The notes under the pieces were generated by a model that was not told the origin of the DNA, made no database searches, and saw nothing but the letters and a program-made list of their open reading frames with translations. A stretch of DNA of 64,000 nt from Lingula anatina (Eukaryota > Animalia > Brachiopoda): contig CM120643.1 in NCBI GenBank assembly GCA_051362555.1, positions 23,874,848 to 23,938,847 of the forward strand, in the 5' to 3' direction. The translations under genes and the position numbers were made by a program. Numbering within the stretch: position 1 is the first letter of the stretch; each line of letters begins with the position of its first letter. This document shows, piece by piece, positions 56,229 to 64,000 of this stretch.

Positions 56229-58018
56229 GACGGAGGCCTGTAATAGAGCTGCGCTCCTTGGTTGCGTGCTTTTAAAATCAAGTCCATGCTTTGTTGCTGA
56301 AATGTCGCCCACTGTTGCTCAGACAGGGTATCAACTTCAGTAGCCAAGTACTGACAGAATGCTTTTCTCTACTTCTGTGGTGTGACCTAGGCTTTCTAGA
56401 GCACGACGGAAGCCAAAGCGTTTGACACATCGGCGCTTTTAGTTTTGAGTAGTCTTTACCATTTGAAATGTCTACTGTGGACTTGCACCGGGTACTGGTT
56501 GACCACATTAACAGCCTTGATGAGCAGGAGCCCAACAGGGGGGGTGGGGCATAAAAAACTAATATATGTAATTGGGTAAAGCAATATCTACGACGTGACT
56601 TTTGAAAAATTAAAACTTTCCTTGTCGATTATCCCACGGAGTTGGTAATACTTTTTATGAAAGGGTAATATATGATATGCATGATTGTCCTGGGAATTGA
56701 AGTCCAGGGTCCCATATTATTACAGGCTAGGTTTAGTCGGAGTATTGGGGGTTACTACTGTATATGGGACGAATGTCACCTGTACTAGGAATGGGGAACT
56801 GACTTTGGTTCCTAGCGGACATCCATTCCTTTCACACCAGCATGTTGCCATGGATGTCATACTACCTTTCAGCCAAATTATTATCTTATTTAGCTACTAG
56901 TGAATTGAAAACCGATCACTTTCTCACATACATTCACCAAGCAGAAAAATTTAGGGTTAACACTTGGTCACCTTACCATGGCCAGTATGTGATGAAATGA
57001 GTAGTATGGCGAATAAAATACCCAAAAGAGAGTCTTTTACTCATGATTTTATTGCACAAATATTGAGATAAGTATATTTTATATAAAAGAAATGGGAGAT
57101 AAAGCTCTTTTCCCAAATGTAAGCCTTTAATTATAACGTATATTGCACCCACTCTCACGCATAGCAGAAGGTATGCGTATCGTATGTCAAATTGATAAAA
57201 TGCACACTTTCAAGAATGTATGAAATCACCCTTTTCCCATAGTATTGGAATGATATCTGGAACATTCGTCATTTTGATAATTAACTGCACAAATTTTATG
57301 TAGCATATATTCTAATGAAATCAATTCCGAATCAGTGATTCCGAATGACAAACGATGTGTGGATAGGGTGACGTCGAGTCCTGGTTGCCATGGAAACGTA
57401 ATGAGACCTTACACAAACAACATGCGGTGTATATTTCACTTTTAACATTTCAGTAAATTTCACAAAAAAAAAGAAAAAAAAACTTGATTGCAATTTGTAA
57501 ATTCTGCAAAATCCTAACAATAATCCCTAAAGCTAAGGGTACATTTGCCACACGACATGTACGGTGTATGTATACTGACAGTATGTTCCTTTTCCTGCGC
57601 TGTTCGTCCAGAGACAGGCCGTGATCAAGAGGGATTGTACGAAATCGTTCGGATTCACGGCCTCCTTAGTCTATACCTTTTTCTCTCAAAGTGCAACTTT
57701 TGAAAAAATTTGTTACATCATAAGCATGTAAGCCCGTAAGCCGTACGTAGTAATATTATCGAGATGACATGATAAAGTTTCTTTGCGAGTATTGTTTGGT
57801 AATACCAATTGTGGTGATCGTGAACCTGTTGTACACGTGGTTGTTTTAATTAGTGAACATTCTCTTACCTATTATTCATATATACATGGTGTGCAGCTTT
57901 CCAGTATATAACACTTCATCCGTTTCTTTTTAATTTCGTGTCAAATGTACATTTTAGTGTCAAATGTACATTTTGTAACAACCTGTGAGATTCAATCAAT
58001 TAAGTCTTTAGACAACGT

Positions 58019-59232
58019 CTACGAGCACGTGACGCCGACGTCCTCCCCGTGACCACAGTTGTGTGACAGCCAGCCGTTATGTGTGCACACCGCGATCTCC
58101 ATCTCGTCGCCCTGACACTCCACGTTGTCCAGCATTATACTCCCCGTGCCTTGGCCGAAATGCGCAGACTGGTGCTGCATGGCGTTGCTGAAGGGCAGGC
58201 CCAGCGACCGGCAGACCACTTGGGCGTCTACGTCTGCGAACGCGTCGTCGCAGACAGTGCCCCACTCGCCGTTATAGAAGACCTCGACTCGGCCTTCGTT
58301 CGAGTTACTGCCTCCCGCGAGACGGTACTGCTGTTGGAGAGCTGGAGAAAGTGTAAAAATTTCATATATGCAGGTGCGTAACGTGCGTGTCATACCAATC
58401 ATATAATATACATATTATATGCAATTAAACGTGTTTTCAATCGTAAATAAACATTACATCAAAAGTGTCCACGTGATACATATAGCGTATATTCACACCA
58501 TCACGCATTGTTTATTCCAAGTAGTATCTAAATGACTAAAACGATTGCTCAAACATATCGACATACCAATTTCACACTGAGTAGACCCTGGCTCTGTGGC
58601 CTGGTATCCGGATTGGCACGCCTGGCAGCTGACCGACCCCGTCTCATTACTGAACGTATCAACGGGGCACAGCGTACACTCCGCACTGCCACTATGGGGC
58701 TGGAAAGTGCCCGCTGGACACGCCATGCAAGACCCCTGTCCAGCTGTGTTCTGGAAATACCCGGCCGGACATATGGTGCAGTTCTGTTGACCGCCTGGGC
58801 TGTAGTAACCAACCGGACATATGTCGCAGTCGGTCATCCCTGCGGAGAACTGGACGTAGCCCGCCGGACATGTCGTGCAGTTCATTTGGCGCGTGCTGGT
58901 CACGCACCAGTCACATGACACGTCCTGTGTCGAGTCGGCATTGTACCATCCAGGGGGACATATGCCTGGAAAGGATACAGACAATTATACTACCTCAGAC
59001 ATATTCTTAAGCTGTCCGGTATCCTATTTATCTTAAGGTTATTGTAGATAGAAACGCAGCTATTGTACAGATTAATGGAGAATTTCACAAAACATAATAC
59101 AAATAACCCGTGCATCTCGTGAATGTGTCGTATTTAAACATACAGCAGCAAATGACTGAAAAGGTAATAGAATAGAAGCGAGCAAGAAGTGACATCAGAA
59201 GTACCTATATATATGTGTGTGTGGGGGGATGC

Positions 59233-59282
<50 letters not shown>

Positions 59283-59506
59283 CAAAAATGAAAAAAGAAA
59301 TAGGGAGATAATTTAATAATGCTCAGAGTCTGTTTGCAGCTCACCTGGAATTGTGCACGAAGTCGTGGATTGACCATCACTTGCCTAAGAATAAAATAAG
59401 CAAATATGGCACAGTTATAATTGTTTAATCTAAATTCAAATATGATCAGCTTTTTATTATTTTTATCATGTATTATTATTGTTGTTGTGGTTGCTGCTGC
59501 GGTTGC

Positions 59507-59551
<45 letters not shown>

Positions 59552-62504
59552 CCTTGTCAACATAACCATTATTTCAATCTTTAATTCATTTCATGCTATT
59601 TTCTTTTTTTCTATATCCATCATCTTCATGTAACTTCGTTTCAGTTTCTCAAAAAGAAAAAAAAAATAAGAATATTTGTAAACATTTCTATTGGCTCACA
59701 AAAATATTTTACTCCTTCAAAATATAGGCTATATCTGTGAATGCAGAGGTGTGTATCTTCTGGATAACGCTATCCACAGTTGTTGAAGCACTGCTTTGTT
59801 CTGGATAAGCTATCCAATGGAAAGAGGTCATTTTTAACTGCTGAACTGCGCTATCCAACCCTGATGAAAACGGGGTCCGGTTTGCAAACTACATATGCAA
59901 CTTGAGCCGAAGTGTGTATAACTTGTATCTAAACACGTCGCACTGGAGTACAATTTTTCATGTAATATGAATAGAACTTCCCTGGTCTTTAATAAGAGTA
60001 CTGTGTAAATTCGAAAGCCAACCATTAATAGTTCTCTGGGCTGGTTTGAATACGTCAAGGCTACGTTAGTGTTTATATACGAGAGAGTGATCAATCTGAG
60101 TCATTGAAAAACATAAATCAAGACACAATCGCTATTTCGATTTTTCGATTTTCCGTAAATCTATTATTTGCCAATTCAGTACGGTACGCAGTCGATTATG
60201 GTTCAGTGAATAAGTACCTGATTTCTACCGGAAAACTGTTGGTATATTGATAAAGTGGCTGGAAATTGCATAACATGCTTTCTTTGACTTGGTCATGTTG
60301 AGTTTTTCACAGATGATTAAATATATTTTGCTGATGGGCACACAGAGAGGCATTTTGTTTTAGACCTGTCAACAATCGAGGCTAATTTTAATCAATCCCT
60401 TTCAATACATGCAACAGTGTACTGTCGCCCCACTTAAGACGCCGACTAAATCCTCTTGTAAAAAATAGATCCCATTTTATGCATAGATCTAATTTTCAAA
60501 TCCGGTATCATACATTATCGGCCATAACGAGATGCGTCATTCAACTCTACATTATAGTCTTTATAGTCTTATACTGGTACATGTATTGTATGTACCAGTA
60601 CCAATGATTTGGAAGACAGGTATGTACCAGTACCAATGATTTGGAAGACAGGTATGTACCAGTACCAATGATTTGGAAGACAGGTATGTACCATTACCAA
60701 TGATTTGGAAGACAGGTATGTACCAGTACCAATGATTTGGAAGACAGGTATGTACCATTACCAATGATTTGGAAGACAGGTATGTACCAGTACCAATGAT
60801 TTGGAAGACAGGTATGTACCAGTACCAATGATTTGGAAGACAGGTATGTACCAGTACCAATGATTTGGAAGACAGGTATGTACCAGTACCAATGATTTGG
60901 AAGACAGGTATGTACCAGTACCAATGATCTGGAAGACAGGTATGTACCAGTACCAATGATCTGGAAGACAGGTATGTACCATTACCAATGATTTGGAAGA
61001 CAGGTATGTACCAGTACCAATGATTTGGAAGACAGGTATGTACCAGTACCAATGATTTGGAAGACAGGTATGTACCAGTACCAATGATTTGGAAGACAGG
61101 TATGTACCAGTACCAATGATTTGGAAGACAGGTATGTACCAGTACCAATGATTTGGAAGACAGGTATGTACCAGTACCAATGATTTGGAAGACAGGTATG
61201 TACCAGTACCAATGATTTGGAAGACAGGTATGTACCAGTACCAATGGAGTCGGATTTTTAAAAGATATTAATTGGTATGTACCTGCTTATGTCAAGGCTT
61301 GATTCTGTTTTCATAAAATTTAAGGAACAGTTTTTTAACTCAGCAACGTTTTTTTTTTTTTTTCAGAAAAAACTTTCACTAGTTCATTTTAAGTAAAACA
61401 AAAATATGGTGACAAAGTTATGGTGTTAGCAAATGTTACAGATAACCACAGTAAAGGAGACACCACAGACAGACGCAGACTATCAGAATACATAATGTAC
61501 CAGTATATAATGATCCATGCACTGCTTCTGTATATAAAATGTTTGTCAAGTGGGGTGGTTGATGGGTTTTCACTGAGCGGTATAGTTAATGAATAAAATT
61601 AATAATAAATAAAATAAAAATAACGAGTGAACAACAGTATGTTGATTTAGTGATCGGAGGGTCACGCCGGGGTCTCCGTGACCGCCCTTAATAGACAGTC
61701 AAATTTATCGAAAAGGCATCCCGCTAAATGACTACATGCTGTTTCAGAAGGTCCGTCTGACAGCAAAATAAAATGCTTTTTGAAAAGCTGTTATAAAACA
61801 GGTGGAAATGTAATAATGATTTATTTTCAACTGTTATTGCTATCACGCTGTGTTGTTGGGTGGTCATTCCAGAATATTTGAAACAAATTATCACAGGAAA
61901 TTTCTGCTGTCAGTGTGCTCTACCGATAGTCAACTTAAAACTTTAATACAACTCAGTAACTGCTACTACTACTATTATTCTTATTAAAGTTAATTTTGTG
62001 ATGACCAAGAATCAACCAGAAGTTCTGACATTTTTCCCGTGTTCTTATTAAATATAAAAACAACAACAGTTTATTCAAATTACAAGTATTACACAGATCC
62101 AAACGCAGTCTTGCGAAAATGTATATCTCACTTATAATCATTATGCAACTCACCATTTCGAAGTGAGAGTACGTCCCAATCAACTGCGGTTCCACCCAAA
62201 GAGCATAGATCCCCGCTGCTCGGGAATTCATGTGACAGGCCCGAGAACCGTCTGACATCGTCTCCACGTCCATAGAATGGCAATGCGGGTTGTTGATGCA
62301 TTTTTCTAAGCAACGGATCATTTTTCCTCTGGGATCCAGCATGACTGTGCCTAGTCGTAAGTTGGAAGGCATGGCGTAACCGTCGCCACACTGAGACGGC
62401 TCGTAGACTGTAGTCACTGTGTTTGACAACTTTGAGGTGCAAAGCGTCATCAAGTTGAGGACGCTCACGAACGCCAGCAGAAAGTGATTGGCCGTCTGAT
62501 CCAT
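58019..62504 (-). CDS. Secreted protein: signal peptide, PAN/Apple-like domain, GCC2/GCC3 (ephrin-receptor-like) Cys-rich repeats and C-terminal SRCR domain (about 370 aa)
   Basis: Exons 62504-62154 (MDQTANHFLLAFVSVLNLMTLC.., CLEKCINNPHCHSM..CHMN), 59384-59345, 58965-58567 (C..CPAGYFQ..GQ.SC..CP.GTFQ) and 58341-58019 (YRLAGG..EGRVEVFYNGEWGTVCDD..CGHGEDVGVTCS*). Phases 0/1/1 are consistent with canonical GT-AG sites. Confidence 0.82.
59235..59279. repeat. (CA)n microsatellite
   Basis: Direct reading. Confidence 0.9.
59482..59550. repeat. (ATT/GTT/GCT)n compound trinucleotide microsatellite
   Basis: Direct reading. Confidence 0.85.
60588..61245. repeat. 32-bp minisatellite (gtatgtaccagtaccaatgatttggaagacag), about 20 near-identical copies, intronic
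   Basis: Head-to-tail units with no spacers and only rare single-base variants (ccattacc, gatctgg). Confidence 0.97.
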
Positions 62505-62599
62505 TCTGAAACTTTACAGAAACCATTTCGATAATTTGGCGTTGATGTAAGCGATCTAAATTATTCTATCTACTTGTTTTTATTTTCCGAATCTATACC

Positions 62600-63035
62600 A
62601 CAGGCTACCGGTTTCACTTGTTATATATTCCTTTAGCTCAAAAAAGGGTATTAGCAAAAATGAGGATCAGTGATCATGAATTAGAAATTGAAAGAGGGCG
62701 ATATACAAAACCAAAGAAGCCAATTGACAAAAGGAAATGCCCCCACTGCGACTCAGTAGAAGATAAAGCACACTTTTTTCTAGAATGCAGTGAACACAGA
62801 GTCGAACGGGAAATACTGTTCGCTTCCATACCGGAGGTGAATTTGCAGGGTCCAACAGACAATAAACTCTATTTTACTCATTCCACTCTCTGCTCAGAGT
62901 GTGATTGCCATATGTAAATTTGTTAACAGTGCAAATAAAAAGCGTGTATTCCTGCGTGGATGAGCATAGTTTATTACTTAAATTATTGTAAATGTAAACC
63001 ATTTCTTTGTGCTCAATAAATTATTATTGTTATTA
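62600..63035 (+). mobile_element. 5'-truncated non-LTR retrotransposon (LINE) fragment: ORF2 C-terminal CCHC region plus 3' tail
   Basis: LAKMRISDHELEIERGRY...RKCPHCDSVEDKAHFFLEC..HR..R matches the C-terminal zinc-knuckle motif of invertebrate LINE ORF2. It is followed by AATAAA and a (TTA)n-like tail near 63015-63035. Confidence 0.8.
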
Positions 63036-64000
63036 TATTCTATAAAGATTTGAAAGTTAGGCCCTGTGCCTATATCATGAATATGAAGCTTAGTAAAACA
63101 TGTATCTCCAAATAACAAAGCATGACAAACGTTTCGGAAATTAAATATAAGTCATAATATCAGGTATCAAAACGCACCTAGATATGAGGCGTGTTTAGAC
63201 ATTTTAAATTAAAAAGAACGTTTGATGTTTACCTGTACGCCAGAGCTACAACCAAAAACGTATTTCCAGTTTGTGAATGTTGCGAAGCAAACCGGTGTAC
63301 CCACAAAGTGTGCACAATCAACCCAATCTGTACCCCTCAGGAACTGACGGAAATCTGATGGCGAAAATCTGGCGGCAATCTGAAATGTCGCTGTCGCCTA
63401 TTGACCTCTTCTTTCATATATCATTTACTCCATGTAAAAACTCCATTTCCGTTAGTATACATATGTTGCATTGCTGCGGTGATCCATACATATTATGTAA
63501 AATTACATGGAGACAAAAGGGCAATCAAATTATAGATCAATTATCGTCGCCGATACAAAAAGGTGATTAAATCATTGATTAATCAACTAGGCAATGATTG
63601 GGGGCGCATGATATCAATATCTAGTATTATGTTAAGCATTGTTGTAAATTTTTGTACCGTGAACGTACAATTTCTAATAATTCTGTTGCCAAACAAACAA
63701 CAATAGTTTTGAAGAAATTTTAATTTTAGCTATATAAACTTTGTCTTAACTGTACCTTATTACATAGTACGTTTTAAGTCGACAAGATTGTTCGCGTGTA
63801 AAAACACTCAGTTGCTTGATCAATGTCAATCGAGACATTATTGATTTTTCTAATTTCTTTGTGTTGATCAAAGGACCATTGATCTGTCCGTCAAATGGGG
63901 GGGGGGCAGCAAGCAATTAGGGCTTGGTTATTGATTCTATTTCGATGTCTTTCACGAAAACAGATGGAAGCGTTTTCTTAAACAAAATAGACTTATTTCT

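Noticed and set aside
56278-56535. Coding-looking GC-richer patch (e.g. + frame MSTVDLHRVLVDHINSLDEQEP)
   Set aside because: Short, interrupted by stops, with no recognisable motif or convincing splice sites; possibly decayed transposon sequence.
55376-57130. Possible TTAAAGG...CCTTTAA-bounded DNA element
   Set aside because: Only about 8 bp of terminal complementarity; no extended TIR or transposase could be seen.
57384-57397. Good RFX X-box match GTTGCCATGGAAAC
   Set aside because: Not near an identifiable transcription start, so there is no support for function.
59195-59633. Poly-Ile hydrophobic ORFs
   Set aside because: Translations of (ATT)n and (CA)n microsatellites.
60588-61245. CRISPR array or coding repeat (ORFs in three minus frames)
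   Set aside because: The 32-bp units are contiguous, with no unique spacers and no cas genes, in a eukaryotic intron. The ORFs are artefacts of a stop-free unit whose length is not a multiple of 3.

Overview
AT-rich, intron-rich animal genomic DNA. It looks like a marine invertebrate, probably lophotrochozoan or mollusc-like (inference only). It is not prokaryotic: I found no CRISPR array, rRNA or tRNA. Four spliced protein-coding genes were reconstructed by hand from GT/GC-AG junctions and exon phases. (1) + strand, <1..39259: a giant membrane-tethered mucin whose 5' end lies outside the window. One >22 kb exon holds about 200 copies of a 108-bp/36-aa acidic Thr/Ser/Glu repeat, followed by NIDO, AMOP, vWD (GDPH), about 17 EGF/cbEGF, SEA (GSIIV), EGF, a TM helix and a cytoplasmic tail. 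It thus combines MUC4-type and SEA-type features. (2) - strand, 47847..41940: GAS8/DRC4, 10 coding exons, about 483 aa. (3) + strand, 49342..52913: a SPATA2/tamozhennic-like PUB-domain protein with two RanBP2/NZF fingers, lying head-to-head with GAS8. (4) - strand, 62504..58019: a small secreted protein with signal peptide, PAN/Apple-like domain, GCC2/GCC3-type Cys repeats and SRCR. Other elements are two related palindromic MITE-like insertions, a LINE 3' fragment, a 32-bp minisatellite, an intronic hairpin and microsatellites. All domain calls come from motif recognition, not database searches.
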